From an uncultured Chthonomonadaceae bacterium (GTDB lineage: Bacteria; Armatimonadota; Chthonomonadetes; Chthonomonadales; Chthonomonadaceae): a stretch of DNA of 64,000 nt. The position numbers and the translations under genes are program-made. This document shows positions 29,307 through 40,489 of the stretch, piece after piece. The DNA lies in NCBI GenBank assembly GCA_963835065.1, contig CAWIEK010000065.1, forward strand, positions 29,898-93,897. The letters are read 5' to 3'. The notes under the pieces are model-generated. The model did not search any database, was not told where the DNA came from, and was given only the letters and a program-made list of their open reading frames with translations. Numbering within the stretch: position 1 is the stretch's first letter; each line of letters begins with the position of its first letter.

Positions 29307-32300
29307 TCAAAGGTTTTCGGCAAGCCGAAGCGCCTGCTCCTCGTTCATGTCACGCCCCTGCTGCAATGCCGCAGCGCAGGCAAGCGCGCCCAACGCGGCG
29401 CTTGCCGTTTCTGCGCTGCTGTCGCAAAGCGCGGCGTCGCCGGGATACAGGGCGAGGCTGTTTTGCGCTTCCACCCACCCCACCAGACGCGCGGCCTGTT
29501 CCCATTGGCGTAGGCCGCAGGCCAGGGCCGCGAAGCCGATTATGCCGGCGATGACTCCGGCGCGATTTCCGGTTTCGTGCCGCAAGCGCAGGCTGGCGCG
29601 CAGATGGTCGCGCGCCGTGTTCCAGTCGCCTCGGCGCAGCGCCACTTTGCCCAATCCGTGCCGCGCGCCGGAAAGCCCCTGCTTGTCGCCCATTTCCGTG
29701 AAAATCGCGAGGCTTTCCTGATACCATGTTGCGGCCTGCGCCGTCTGCCCAGGCGCGTCCGCCAGTTCCCCGCGCAAATTGAGCGTATGCCCCAATCCCC
29801 ACAATATCTTTGTCCTGACGCCGCAGGGACAGGCACTCGTCGAGCAGGGCTTCGGCAGCCGTGAAATCCCGCTGCAGCAGGGCGATGCTGCCCAGGCTGA
29901 ACAAAGGATAAACAGGAGCGAACGGATTTTCGGCGCGGCGGGCCAGCGCCAGCGCTTCCTCGGCATGGGCGCGCGCCGCGTCCTGCCGGCCCTGATCGCG
30001 CAGCACAAGGCTCAAAATCGTCAGTGAAGTGATCACTTTTCTGTTAACCGCTTTTGTTAATCGCTTCCTGTCTGTTCAGCGCCAGCGCTTCGTCAAGGTA
30101 GGTTTCCGCCAGGGCGTATTCGCCCTGATACCAGGCCAGCGTTGCCGCAGAATTCAGAACGCGGGCGCGCAGGGGCGCATCTGCGCTTGTTGTCTTGCGC
30201 CAGCGCCTGCGTGAGCCAGGTTCGCGCCTCCCAAAAGGGTCCCCGCGAGTACCAGTATTCCCACATCTGCAAAATAAAAGTCAGATACGCGCTGTTCTCA
30301 GCGTGTTCGCGTTTCCATACTAATGCGGCCAGCAGATTGTCGTGTTCCGCTTCCAGGCGGTCCAGCCAGTCGCCTACGCGCTCACCCTCCATTTGTGTCT
30401 GCGCGGCTGCGAGCATCTGCCCGAAATAATCGGCATGACGCGCCGCCAATCGGTCGGCTTCTTCCACGCTCAGGCACTCCAGCGCGTATTCCCGCACCGT
30501 TTCGAGCATGGTGAAGCGTATGCTTTCCGCCTGTTCCCGCGCGAAAATCAGCGAGTTTTCGCGCAGTTGTTGAAGCAGGTCGAGCATGGGCAAATCGGGG
30601 CAAAGGCTTTGCGCCGCTTCCCCGAACCATCCTCCCCGGAAAACGGACAGGCTGACAAGCGCGCGCTGCTGTGGTTCCGTCAGCAGTCCATAGCTCCATT
30701 CCACTGTTGCGCGCAGGCTCTGATGGCGCTGCGAAATACCCTGCTGCCTGCTTACCAGCAGGGCAAACCGATTCTGTAATTGCGCGACCATCTGCTGCGG
30801 CGTCAGCACTCCGATACGCGCCGCCGCCAACTCAATGGCAAGGGGAATACCTTCCAGGCGGCGGCAGAGCGCGGCGACGGCGGCGGCATTGCGCGGCGTC
30901 AGGGTAAAGTCGGCGCGAGTTGCCTGCGCGCGATCCACAAACATGGCAACGCTCGGACAGGCAAGCAGTCCCGCATCCGGCGGGCAGACGCTGGAAGCGG
31001 CGGCGTTGTTACGCAGACCTTGCTCCCGGCCCGGTTCTATGGGAATCGGCAGCGGCAAAACGTCCATCGCGCGCTCGCCTGCGATTTGCAGCAGCTGCCG
31101 TGAAGTCACGAGGCAGGAAAGGGCGGGGGAGCGCTCCAGAAGGGTAAGAATAAGAGAAGCGGCGGCGGGAAGCAGATGCTCCGCATTGTCCAGAACCAGC
31201 AGATAGCGTTTCCCGGCAAGCGCCTCAAGTATCTGCTCCAATGGCGGTATAGACGGGACGGAAACAAGGCCAAGCGCGCTGAGAATGGCGTCAGGAATGG
31301 CTTCCGCATCGGCTGTCTCTCCCAACGAAACGAAGCAAACGGCGTTTTGCAAAGCGGGAGCCAGCCGATGGGCGGCTTCCACCGCCAGCCGCGTTTTGCC
31401 GCTCCCGCCCGGACCAAGCAGGGTCAGCAGGCAGCGCTGCGGGCCGGTGAGAAGCGCCTGAACTTCGCGCAATTCTGCTTCACGCCCGAAAAAGCGCGTC
31501 AGGGGAACGGGCAGGCGGGGCAAAGGGATGCGCAGGGGTTCCGGCGCGGGCGGCAGGGGCAGAATTGGAGGGGCGAGTACCGGCAGCAAGACAGGCGAAG
31601 GAAGGGACGGCAGGGTTTCTACAAACGCGCTCAACTCGCGCGCGGGCCTCTCGTTCCACTCCGAAGCCATGACGCCCACAAACGCTTCAAATTGCTGCCG
31701 GGCGCGTTCGGGATTGCCGCAGGAAGCGTACAGCCGAATCAAACGCTCCTGCGCGGCAGTGTTGAACGGGTCGGCGCTGACAAGCCGACGCAGGCAATCA
31801 AGCGCCTGACTTGATTGGCCTTCCTGAATATACAGCGTGGCAAGCGCGTCCAGCAGTTCACGGTACTCCGCCGCCAGGCGTTCCTGCTCCAGCCGCGCCC
31901 AATCCTCGTACATGCCCGGCAGCAATTCCCCTTTATAAAGGGCTGCCGCCTGCTCCAAAGCCGCCAGGCGTTTCATGGCCTCCGTGGACTCTGCCGCTGT
32001 CCGAAGAAAATGGCGGAATTCGCTCACATCGGTGCGAACCGATTCATTGCCCAGGCGAACCTGAGTCTTATCCGCAATCAAAACGCTTCCCGCAGGGATG
32101 CCGGGAGGTTCCAGCAGGCGGCGCAGGGAACATAAGGTCTGACGCAGGTTGTGCCGCGCCGCGCCCGGCTCCATATCCGGCCAGAACCGATCCAGCAGCA
32201 CTTCGCGCGCATGAGCTTGTTCCTTGAAAAACGCCAAATAAGCAAGCAAGGCGGCACATTTACGGGTAGGAAATCGAGAGACAACGCGCGCTTCCTGGCG

Positions 32301-32348
32301 CGCAGTAAGTCCACCGAACAATTCTATGTAACAGGGAGAAATAACCAT
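29307..32348 (-). CDS. AfsR/SARP-like regulator: wHTH-BTAD, NB-ARC/STAND ATPase, TPR; at least three frame breaks in the TPR part
   Basis: LLAYLA..H.RE.L..FWPD; GPGGSGKTRLA; LLVLDNAEH; LEGIPLAIELAAAR; MLETVREYA. TPR pieces in ORFs 29350..30036 and 29307..30008. Confidence 0.85.
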
Positions 32349-32403
32349 AGCAAAATAATCATAGGCGCTTGAAAGCAGAGTACGGATGTTGTTTGTTACT
32401 CCT

Positions 32404-32431
32404 ATTCGGGATGTGGGCCGATGTTTCCTGC
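32404..32431 (-). promoter_or_regulatory. SigH-like promoter candidate GCAGGA-N18-GAAT upstream of the BTAD regulator
   Basis: Exact motif about 55 bp upstream of the start. Confidence 0.55.
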
Positions 32432-32550
32432 TGCATCATAATTGGCTATAATGAAGGGGGTATTAGCGAGTTGAACTCTGATAAGCGCAGACCTTCCAGT
32501 GTGCGGCCTGCTGAGAACACCGGGAACTATTCATCGCAAAGGAGCAGCGC

Positions 32551-32943
32551 ATGAACGATGGCGAGTACGTGGATGGCGAAAAGCATGGCGAGTGGATTTC
32601 TTATTACGCCAACGGCAACAAGCGCAGTGAGGGACGATACAACAAAGGCAAAAAGGAAGGGCTGTGGCGGCAATACTGGCCCAACGGCAACACAAAGAGC
32701 GAGGGAACGTTCAAAGACAACAAATTCACCGGGCTGTACACCAGCTATCATGAGAACGGCAAGCGGAATTATCAGGGTCGCTACAACGATTTCAACGGCA
32801 GTTCGGCGGATGGAACCAAAGATGGCGAATGGCGCAGCTACGAGGAAGACGGCGAAACCGTCTGGCGCGTAATCACCTACCACCGGGGCAGCCGAACCAA
32901 GCCGGACGCGATTTTGCGCCCGCGTGACAACGAACCGGCATAG
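32551..32943 (+). CDS. MORN-variant repeat protein (YwqK antitoxin-like)
   Basis: Repeated G.W..YY.NG.K.SEG.Y..GK units; AAGGAG RBS. Confidence 0.85.
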   Translation: MNDGEYVDGEKHGEWISYYANGNKRSEGRYNKGKKEGLWRQYWPNGNTKSEGTFKDNKFTGLYTSYHENGKRNYQGRYNDFNGSSADGTKDGEWRSYEEDGETVWRVITYHRGSRTKPDAILRPRDNEPA

Positions 32944-32975
32944 CGTACAACCCGTAACAGCGTAACAGGCGTTAA

Positions 32976-33003
32976 GAAGGAGTGTCAGGCGGCGGCGTCG
33001 AAT
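32976..33003 (+). promoter_or_regulatory. SigH-like promoter candidate GAAGGA-N18-GAAT
   Basis: About 60 bp upstream of the PPC protein gene. Confidence 0.55.
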
Positions 33004-33064
33004 AACATCCGCAGCATCTATATGCAAAATTTACTCTGTGAGGACGCTCCCCCTGCCTGCCGCT

Positions 33065-35185
33065 ATGAAAACACTTTTTAAGCAAACATCTTCCGGTTCG
33101 AAATCCGGCTCAAAATCAATGGTTTTGGCGCTGTGGCTGGCATTGCCGCTCACCATTGTGCCGTTTGGGTTTGGCGGCTTGCCCGCTTCGGCATGGGCGC
33201 AGCGGCATCCGCCGGAATTGCGCGGCAATTATCCCGTTGGCGGCAGCGCGGGCGCGACTACGCGCGTAACCATTGCGGGCATGAGTTTGCGCGGCGCGAC
33301 GCAGGTTTTGTTCGACCATCCCGGCATTACGGCCAAAATCGCGCCGCAGGATACGTCGAAATTGCCACTCCCCAATATGGACACGGACGGCAACCCCAAC
33401 ATCATTGCCGACATTACGGTTGCGAAAAACGTGCCGCCCGGCGCGTATCGGTTCCGCGTGGTGTCGCCTTCAGGCGTGACGGACGCGGGAACCTGGATGG
33501 CGGGCCGTGCCCTGCCGCAAATCGAAGAAAAAGAACCCAACAACGACATCAATACCGCCCAGGCCGTCACGCTTCCCGTCGCCGTCAACGGGCATATTGA
33601 CACGCAGGGCGATCAGGACGTGTTTCGCGTGACGCTGGCAGCGGGGCAGGCGTTTGTGGCGGATGTGCAGTCCAACCGGGCGGGGCTGCCGCTGGATTCG
33701 CTGCTCACCCTGCGGGACGCGAACGGGCGCGAACTTGCCAGCAACGACGACCACAACGGCCCTGATTCCCTGCTTGTGTATACGCCGTCAATGACAGGCA
33801 GCTACCTCGTAACAATTTCCAGTTCGGACGGGCAGGGAACGCCGAGCCATGCGTACCGGCTGGAAATGGGCGTTTTGCCGCTGCTGAACGCCGTGTACCC
33901 TGCCGGCGCGCAGATCGGACAACACGCCTCGTGGGTGGCAATGGGTATTAACCTTGACGCAAGTTCCTCGATTGCCGTTTCCGGGAACATTGCGGACAGG
34001 CCGGGAATCGCCCGCGCGTTTGTGGAAGCCGCGCTGATGGGTTCCAACAGCATGCCCGTACTGCTGTCTTCGCTGCCGGCTGTGAACGAACAGGAACCGA
34101 ACGACACGCGGCTGTCCGCCACTCCCCTGCCACTCCCCTGCCTCGCCAACGGGCGCTTCTGGCATACGCCGAAAGCGGGAAGCCGGACAGCCGCGAACGG
34201 TGAAAACGCCCCGGACGTGGACTGCTACAAGTTCCGGGGCGAAGCGGGCAAGCGCTATGTGTTTGACGTGGTTTGCCAGCAGTTGGGATCGCCCGCCGAT
34301 CCCGCGCTTGCCCTGCTCGGCCCGGACGACAAAACCATTGCGGAAAACGACGACACAAACGGGCGGGACGCGCATATTGACGTGACTCTGCCCGCATCGG
34401 GCGAGTACGTGGTGCGCGTGACGGAAGCGCGGGGGCGTTCCGGCCCGGAATACATCTACTGCCTGACCGCGCAAACGCCTTCGCCCGGCTTTACCATCGC
34501 GGCGGAAACGCGCGAACGGGTGGTGGGGCAGGGCAGCGTTGTGCCGCTCGAAGTGACGGTCACGCGGGATCGGTGGGAGGGACCGGTCACGTTGAGCCTA
34601 CGGGATTTGCCGCCCGGCGTGACGGCCTCAACCTGCATTGTGCCGCCGGGCGCTACGAAAGGCTTGCTGCTTTTGTCGGCGGATAAGGCCGCGCCGCTTG
34701 CCGCGTTTCCCCTGCATGTCGTGGCGACCGCACAGGTGCAGGGCGCAACGGTTCAGCATACCTTAGAGTCGGCAACGGATTGGGTCTGGAAGGGTGGCCC
34801 CCGCGCCAATGTCACTTCCCCGCCCAACCTGCTTGTCTACGCCGTCCGCGAACCTTTCGAGATCGCGCCGACGCCCGCCGCCACGTCCCTGTCCCTGCTT
34901 CGCGGCCAAAACGCTACCCTGAACGTGAAACTGACGCGCCAACCCGGCTACAACAAGCCCGTTGTGCTGCGCGTCCTCGGCCTGCCGGACGGCGTCACGT
35001 CCGCCGATGTCGCCATTCCCGGCGACAAATCCGAAGGCGTAGTGGAACTGAAAGCCGCCCCCACCGCCCGCCTCGGCGCAATCCTGATTACCGTTAGCTG
35101 CGTGGTCACGCAAAGCCAGTTTATCCAACTGGACCGCGCCACGCCTGCTATTACCCTGACCGTGACGGAACCGGCGAAGAAGTGA
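33065..35185 (+). CDS. Secreted protein with pre-peptidase C-terminal (PPC) domains (Planctomycete-type)
   Basis: Signal peptide, two EKEPNN/EQEPND motifs, D.DVF, LDS.L.L.D.NG..LA.NDD repeats; no catalytic subtilase domain seen. Confidence 0.85.
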   Translation: MKTLFKQTSSGSKSGSKSMVLALWLALPLTIVPFGFGGLPASAWAQRHPPELRGNYPVGGSAGATTRVTIAGMSLRGATQVLFDHPGITAKIAPQDTSKLPLPNMDTDGNPNIIADITVAKNVPPGAYRFRVVSPSGVTDAGTWMAGRALPQIEEKEPNNDINTAQAVTLPVAVNGHIDTQGDQDVFRVTLAAGQAFVADVQSNRAGLPLDSLLTLRDANGRELASNDDHNGPDSLLVYTPSMTGSYLVTISSSDGQGTPSHAYRLEMGVLPLLNAVYPAGAQIGQHASWVAMGINLDASSSIAVSGNIADRPGIARAFVEAALMGSNSMPVLLSSLPAVNEQEPNDTRLSATPLPLPCLANGRFWHTPKAGSRTAANGENAPDVDCYKFRGEAGKRYVFDVVCQQLGSPADPALALLGPDDKTIAENDDTNGRDAHIDVTLPASGEYVVRVTEARGRSGPEYIYCLTAQTPSPGFTIAAETRERVVGQGSVVPLEVTVTRDRWEGPVTLSLRDLPPGVTASTCIVPPGATKGLLLLSADKAAPLAAFPLHVVATAQVQGATVQHTLESATDWVWKGGPRANVTSPPNLLVYAVREPFEIAPTPAATSLSLLRGQNATLNVKLTRQPGYNKPVVLRVLGLPDGVTSADVAIPGDKSEGVVELKAAPTARLGAILITVSCVVTQSQFIQLDRATPAITLTVTEPAKK

Positions 35186-35260
35186 AACCACGGGGAACAC
35201 GGGGAGGAGAGGGGGAGACGAGAAGAAATAAACCACGGAGGGCACGGAGTTCACGGAGGG
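35184..35260 (+). repeat. Two nonamer arrays (AACCACGGRG-type)
   Basis: aaccacggggaacacgggga and aaccacggagggcacggagttcacggag; same family as 10814/11951. Confidence 0.8.
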
Positions 35261-35513
35261 GGTACAATGGCAGCCGTCACAAAGTTCAGGTGGGGCAGGG
35301 GAAATGCTTTGCGTTGCGGAATATCTGCTATGGGGTGAGAGGATAAAGGGCGTATCAAGTTTGAAGACTGCTGTGGCGCGTAACCAACACAGGAGACACG
35401 AAAATGGGGACTACGCGATAAAAGGGATTATCACGTATAAATGCCGGACGAGCAATTTAAGTTGTGTGTCACTTGGCTTGATCCAGGTATAACCATGTTT
35501 ATCAAAGCATCAA

Positions 35514-35600
35514 GGGGTGGCTCACGAAACGGAAATTGTCGGGTTCTCCCAACAATTTAGTGAGAGGTGAGTAACCTTGTTCCGTTTCGTGAGCGGCCTC
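35514..35600. mobile_element. Small MITE-like inverted repeat element
   Basis: 15-bp IR gctcacgaaacggaa (35520-35534) / ttccgtttcgtgagc (35580-35594). Confidence 0.55.
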
Positions 35601-35986
35601 CAACGAGAGGATATAGGACTGATTACTGAGATGAAATGTCGAAGATCTACTCTAACCAGTTTTCACTATTATCGCAGAAATCGCCAACTCGTAGACACTG
35701 AACGGACATTTCTTGACCAAGACACGGGTGAAACAATTCTATAATTTACATATTAAAATAATAACATATAATATACTATAAGTTTTTGCCTGAAGCCGTA
35801 CTGACGTTGATGAGATGATTAAAACATTTATCTGGCATAGAATAGAAACTGGTAATGGCTAATGCTACTAACATCAGCCATATCTGACGATCTTGTAGTT
35901 GTACCGTCTTCAAACACAAGCCGCCCACGTAAACTGACCCTAAAGGGTATACTTAGACTTGCCACAATAAGCATAAAATACCCCTG

Positions 35987-36582
35987 TGTGCCACAATAGG
36001 GTGAGACAAAATCCCGTGCGCAAATCAGTGTAGATTTACACGAAAGAGTGTAGAGTGCCAGGGCGGAGAATGGACTTTTCACATGAATACGCCGTTGACA
36101 GACAGCCCGACAACCAGGGTCGCCCCCACTGGACACGCGCTGTCCTCTTCCTTTCGCCCGGACCCGCAGGTTCCGCAACGCACTGCTCGCCGCCGCTTTA
36201 CCGTTGCCTACAAGTTGCGCCTCCTTAAGGAAGCCGACGCCTGTTCGCCGCCGGGAGAGTTGGGGCCCTGCTGCGGCGCGAAGGCTTGTCCTCCTCCACG
36301 TTCGCCAACTTCCGCAAACAGCGCCAAGCCGGTCAGTTGGGCGAGAAGAATACCATGCAGGCCAAGCAGCAGCGTCAGGACAAGGCTGCCGTCCGCCAAC
36401 GCGATGCCCGCCGCATTGACGACGGCAAGCGTATCATGTCCGTCGCCTGCCGTCCGCCAACGCGATGCCCGCCGACTGGCGGCTCTGGAAGCCGAAAACC
36501 AGAAGCTGCGCGTTCGGCTGGAACTCCCCAAAAAGTAGGGGCCTTGCTCGACCTGACGCTTGCCGCGACGCCGAGCGCCTAA
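35987..36582 (+). mobile_element. IS3-family remnant: TG-starting left end plus frameshifted orfA
   Basis: tgtgccacaatagggtgagaca end; RPDPQVP...RRRFTVAYKLRLL.EADAC..PGE.G; internal duplication of gccgtccgccaacgcgatgcccgccg; no orfB. Confidence 0.75.
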
Positions 36583-36683
36583 GAGCCTCTCCCGATAGGG
36601 CTTGTCCTTGCGTCCGTAGGACGCTTGCACTTTCCTGCCGGGTATTGCAAAGCCCCGGCCAATGGGGCTAGGCTCTTAGGCGC
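36575..36683. mobile_element. MITE/REP-like element with 14-bp IR
   Basis: gcgcctaagagcct / aggctcttaggcgc; core shared in inverted orientation with 44088-44146. Confidence 0.7.
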
Positions 36684-36759
36684 AGGAACCTTACAGCAAA
36701 TGCTGGCCTGCTACATAAAAATACTTTCGCTTTTTGGTCTCAAAGCCCTTGACACATTC

Positions 36760-37292
36760 CGCTCGACCTGACCGGCCCCTGGCGACGGCTGACGCTCGCC
36801 ATTACCTACGCGACCGAAGCCTACCTGTTCATCACCGACCTGAACCAATCGCCCTTTAACGTCGGAACAAGGCTGGCCCTCTCCGACTTTACCCTGAAGC
36901 AGGTGGCGGAACTGAATACCCGATGTGGCAATCCGCTCAAAAATAATGTTGAGTTGAATCGCTGTTACGATCTGGTGGGCGGGCATCCCTATCTTGTGCG
37001 GCGGGGATTGCATGATATGGCGACGCGTCCTTTATCCATAGATGCTTTCGAGGCGCAGGCAGCGCAAGAGGAGGGGCTGTTCGGCGACCATCTGCGGCGC
37101 ATCCTTGCCCTGCTCACCCGCGACCCTGATCTCTGCGCCGTTGTGCGTGACACGCTGCACGGAAAGAACTCACCATCGTGGGAGAACTTCCATCGCCTGC
37201 GCAGCGCGGGCGTCATGGTCGGTGATTCTCCCGCCGACATGCGCCCGCGCTGCCGCCTTTATACCCGCTATCTCACGGCGCGCCTTCTCTAA
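36760..37292 (+). pseudogene. 3' fragment of an AAA-like (AAA_35-type) domain protein
   Basis: YATEAYLFITDLNQSPFNVG...DFT..QV.EL ... LVGGHPYLV ... FGDHLRR ... RCRLY; no P-loop or N-terminus. Confidence 0.75.
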
Positions 37293-37338
37293 TCCCAACT
37301 GCGATCCCAAACAGAAGCGCAGCAAAAGGAAATTTCGT

Positions 37339-38004
37339 ATGGAGAAAAAACCGTTCGATATTGACGAGGCCATGCGCCGGATTCCTGCCGCGCTTACGCC
37401 ATACCCGAAAGCCGCGCTATTTGCGCTGTCCGAGGAGGGGCACGGCACGGCCTTTGAAATTCTTGTCGCCTGCATCCTGTCTATTCGGACGCTGGATGAG
37501 GATACGCTACGGGACTCGCGGCGTTTGTTTGCCCGCGCGCAAACACCCGCGCAGATAGCCGGACTGCCCATTGAAGAACTGGACGAACTGATCTCGCGTT
37601 GCACGTTTCACGAGAACAAAGCGCGGCAATTGCAAGCGATTGCCGCCACCCTTGTCGAAAAGCATAACGGACTACTGCCCTGTGACCGGGAACTTCTGCT
37701 GAACTTTTCGGGCGTCGGCCCCAAGTGCGCCAATCTTGTCATGGGTATTGCATGTGGGGAACCGTTCATCGGCGTGGATATTCACGTTCACCGCGTCACC
37801 AACCGATGGGGATATGTGCAGGCTTCAACCCCGGAAGCCACGCTGAAAGCGCTGGAAGCCAAGCTGCCGCGCCGCCATTGGATTGATCTCAACCGGTTGT
37901 TGATGCCCTTCGGCAAGCATGTCTGCACCGGCCCGCGCCCGCATTGCTCCACCTGTCCGCTTCTGGAAATGTGCCCTCAGATTGGGGTAACCTCTCATCA
38001 ATAA
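37339..38004 (+). CDS. nth: Endonuclease III (HhH-GPD, 4Fe-4S)
   Basis: FEILVACILS.RT.D, GVGPKCANLV, VDIHVHRV.NRWG, C...RPHCSTCP...CP. Confidence 0.92.
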   Translation: MEKKPFDIDEAMRRIPAALTPYPKAALFALSEEGHGTAFEILVACILSIRTLDEDTLRDSRRLFARAQTPAQIAGLPIEELDELISRCTFHENKARQLQAIAATLVEKHNGLLPCDRELLLNFSGVGPKCANLVMGIACGEPFIGVDIHVHRVTNRWGYVQASTPEATLKALEAKLPRRHWIDLNRLLMPFGKHVCTGPRPHCSTCPLLEMCPQIGVTSHQ

Positions 38005-38037
38005 CAGCATCAATTTCTTATTTGGATGGTATTGAGT

Positions 38038-39486
38038 TTAGGAAGGCAAACGCCACAGGCATACGGCCCGGTCATCGCCGCCTGTTGCCAACAATTTACC
38101 GTCCGGGGCAAAGGCGACGGCGCGAACGGCGCGGGTATGTCCGAGAGCGCGCGCCAGTTCGGTTCCTGACGCCACATCCCACACGCGCGCCGTTTTGTCC
38201 GCTCCGCACGAGGCGACGCGCCTGCCGTCCGCGCTCCACGCCAAACCGCGAATATCGCTGTCATGTCCTCGCAGCCGCCGGACTTCCGCGCCGGTTTTCA
38301 CGTCCCACAGGTGCAAAAAGTAATTGCGGTTGCCCGGATCGTTGTTGGCAACCAGCAGCAGGCTGCCGTCCGGCGAAGGAAGAACATCTCCGATTTGCCC
38401 ATAGGTGAGACATTCGCGGATATGCAGCGAATACGCTTTGAGCAGACGCGCCCGCCGCACTTCCCACAATCCGATTTCCGACAGGGCTTGCCCCGTCCGC
38501 AGAACCAGCACCTGTTTGGCGGCATAACTGCCATCCACATACGCCACGCGCCGCGCCTGCCCGTCCTCAATGTTTTCATCGGGCAGCAAATGCTGTATTT
38601 CCCGCCCGTTGTCGGCTTCCCAAAACCGCGCGATGCCGTTGGTGTTCCCGGAAGCGATCTGCTTGCTGTCCAGCGACCATCCCAGTGAGGTAACGTGCCC
38701 GTCTTGTTTGATGCGGCGCTGTTCAGCCCCGGTTTGCAGATCGCACACGCGCAATTCGCTGCGCCACCTGCCGAGCCAGCCGGTCAGGTTGTTGGCGACT
38801 GCCACACTGCGCCCGCCTGGAGCCACGCTCAGGCACGGACACTCGCCCTTTTCCATGCGAAGTTCGCGCTGCATCTGACCCGTTTCCACGCTCCACCAGA
38901 AAACGCTGGAACCGCTTGCCGCCAGAATCCACTCTCCATCCGGCGAAAACGCCACATCGTTTACAGGCTGAAATGGGTCATGCAGCGCATGGACAACGGC
39001 AAGCAGGGGCGCGTTGGGAGCATGGGAATTGCCGCCAGAGGATGTGGTGGTATTGCGGGGCGAAGCGCGGGCGGTGTCCCTTGCCGCGTTCGTGTCTGTG
39101 GGGCGCGAAGAGCGCGCGGAAGAAGCGGATTGAGCCGATTGCGCGGATTGCGGCTTGTCATCCCCGCGCCGATTGTTCGGCGTATAGGGATTGGCAGGCG
39201 AAGCGGGGGACGCCGGTGGATTGTAGGCAGGCGCATGGCCGGAAGCAGGCGAAGAAGGCGACCCTGATTCCGGTATAGCCCGCTTCAAGAACTGGTAAGC
39301 CGTGTTGATTTCGGCCATTTTCGCCTGCGCCATGTCGCGCAATTGGGGCGCGTTGGCAAAGCAGTCGGGATGCCAGATATGAGCGAGTTCCCGGTACGCC
39401 TGCTTGATTTCCGCCACGCTCGCGCCCGGTTCCAATCCCAAAGTTTTCAAATGCCGCCGCACGTCTTCCGTCACATTCTTCCTCAA
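38038..39486 (-). CDS. J-domain plus WD40-repeat protein
   Basis: LGLEPGAS..EIKQAYRELA..WHPD...EIN.AY; low-complexity linker; WD40 repeats. Confidence 0.9.
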   Translation of the reverse strand: MRKNVTEDVRRHLKTLGLEPGASVAEIKQAYRELAHIWHPDCFANAPQLRDMAQAKMAEINTAYQFLKRAIPESGSPSSPASGHAPAYNPPASPASPANPYTPNNRRGDDKPQSAQSAQSASSARSSRPTDTNAARDTARASPRNTTTSSGGNSHAPNAPLLAVVHALHDPFQPVNDVAFSPDGEWILAASGSSVFWWSVETGQMQRELRMEKGECPCLSVAPGGRSVAVANNLTGWLGRWRSELRVCDLQTGAEQRRIKQDGHVTSLGWSLDSKQIASGNTNGIARFWEADNGREIQHLLPDENIEDGQARRVAYVDGSYAAKQVLVLRTGQALSEIGLWEVRRARLLKAYSLHIRECLTYGQIGDVLPSPDGSLLLVANNDPGNRNYFLHLWDVKTGAEVRRLRGHDSDIRGLAWSADGRRVASCGADKTARVWDVASGTELARALGHTRAVRAVAFAPDGKLLATGGDDRAVCLWRLPS

Positions 39487-39538
39487 CTATTCCGATTACA
39501 TTTCCCAGGCAAACCCACCACCAACCACCACCTACCAA

Positions 39539-40411
39539 TCACCCTTTTAACCCGGTCATGGCGATGCCGCGCACGAAAAAACGCTGCGTACACAGGAATA
39601 CGAACAGAACGGGCAAAAGGACGAGAACCGCAGCGGCCATTTGCAGGGGCCAGTTGGTCGCGCCGAACGAATCTTTGAACAGCGACAACCCGACTTCCAG
39701 CGTCCGCATTTCCGTTGTGCTTGTTACGAGCAGGGGCCAGAAAAAGTCCGTCCAGGTGGCGATAAAGGCGAACGCGGCGAGTGTCGCCAAAGCCGGCGCG
39801 GAAAGCGGCAGCGCGATACGCCAGTATAACCCGAACTCGCCGCATCCGTCCAGGCGCGCGGCATCGTCGAGTTCGCGGGGCAGGGTCAGGAAGAAGGAGC
39901 GCATCAGGAAAATGCCGAACGCGCTTGATATTCCCGGCACGATCAGTGCCCAGTACGTGTTCAGCCAGCCGAACGCCCGCACCGTGAGAAACGCGGGGAT
40001 CATCGTCACCTGTCCGGGGATCATCATGGTGGCGAGAAACAAAAAGAAGACCGCTTCGCGCCCCCAAAAGCGCAGGCGGGCAAAGCCGTACCCCGCGAGG
40101 GAACACAGCGCCAGTTGCCCCAACACGACGCACACGGCCACAACAATCGTATTGCCCAAAAAGCGCGGAAACGGCATCGCGGACATCGTCAGCACGGTGG
40201 CATAGTTTGCCCAGTGCCAGCGTTCCGGGCGCAGATGCGACGGGTCGGGCAAAGCGCCGTGCGAGGGATGCAGCGACGCCAGCAACATCCACGCAAACGG
40301 CGTCGCAGTAATCAGCGCCACCAGCCCCATCAGCGCGTAAGCAGCCAGGCCGCGCCAAAGCGTCAACGCGCTTCGTCTATGTTGATTTTGAACTTGACTT
40401 TGTAACGCCAT
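39539..40411 (-). CDS. Carbohydrate ABC transporter permease (MalG-like)
   Basis: EAA-like loop ELDDAARLDG, MMIPGQV, QRFFVRG. Confidence 0.93.
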   Translation of the reverse strand: MALQSQVQNQHRRSALTLWRGLAAYALMGLVALITATPFAWMLLASLHPSHGALPDPSHLRPERWHWANYATVLTMSAMPFPRFLGNTIVVAVCVVLGQLALCSLAGYGFARLRFWGREAVFFLFLATMMIPGQVTMIPAFLTVRAFGWLNTYWALIVPGISSAFGIFLMRSFFLTLPRELDDAARLDGCGEFGLYWRIALPLSAPALATLAAFAFIATWTDFFWPLLVTSTTEMRTLEVGLSLFKDSFGATNWPLQMAAAVLVLLPVLFVFLCTQRFFVRGIAMTGLKG

Positions 40412-40489
40412 AAATTTATCAAAAGCCAGACTATCCCAACACCGAACACCGAATACCCAATACCGAATACCTGAACACCCGAACACCGA

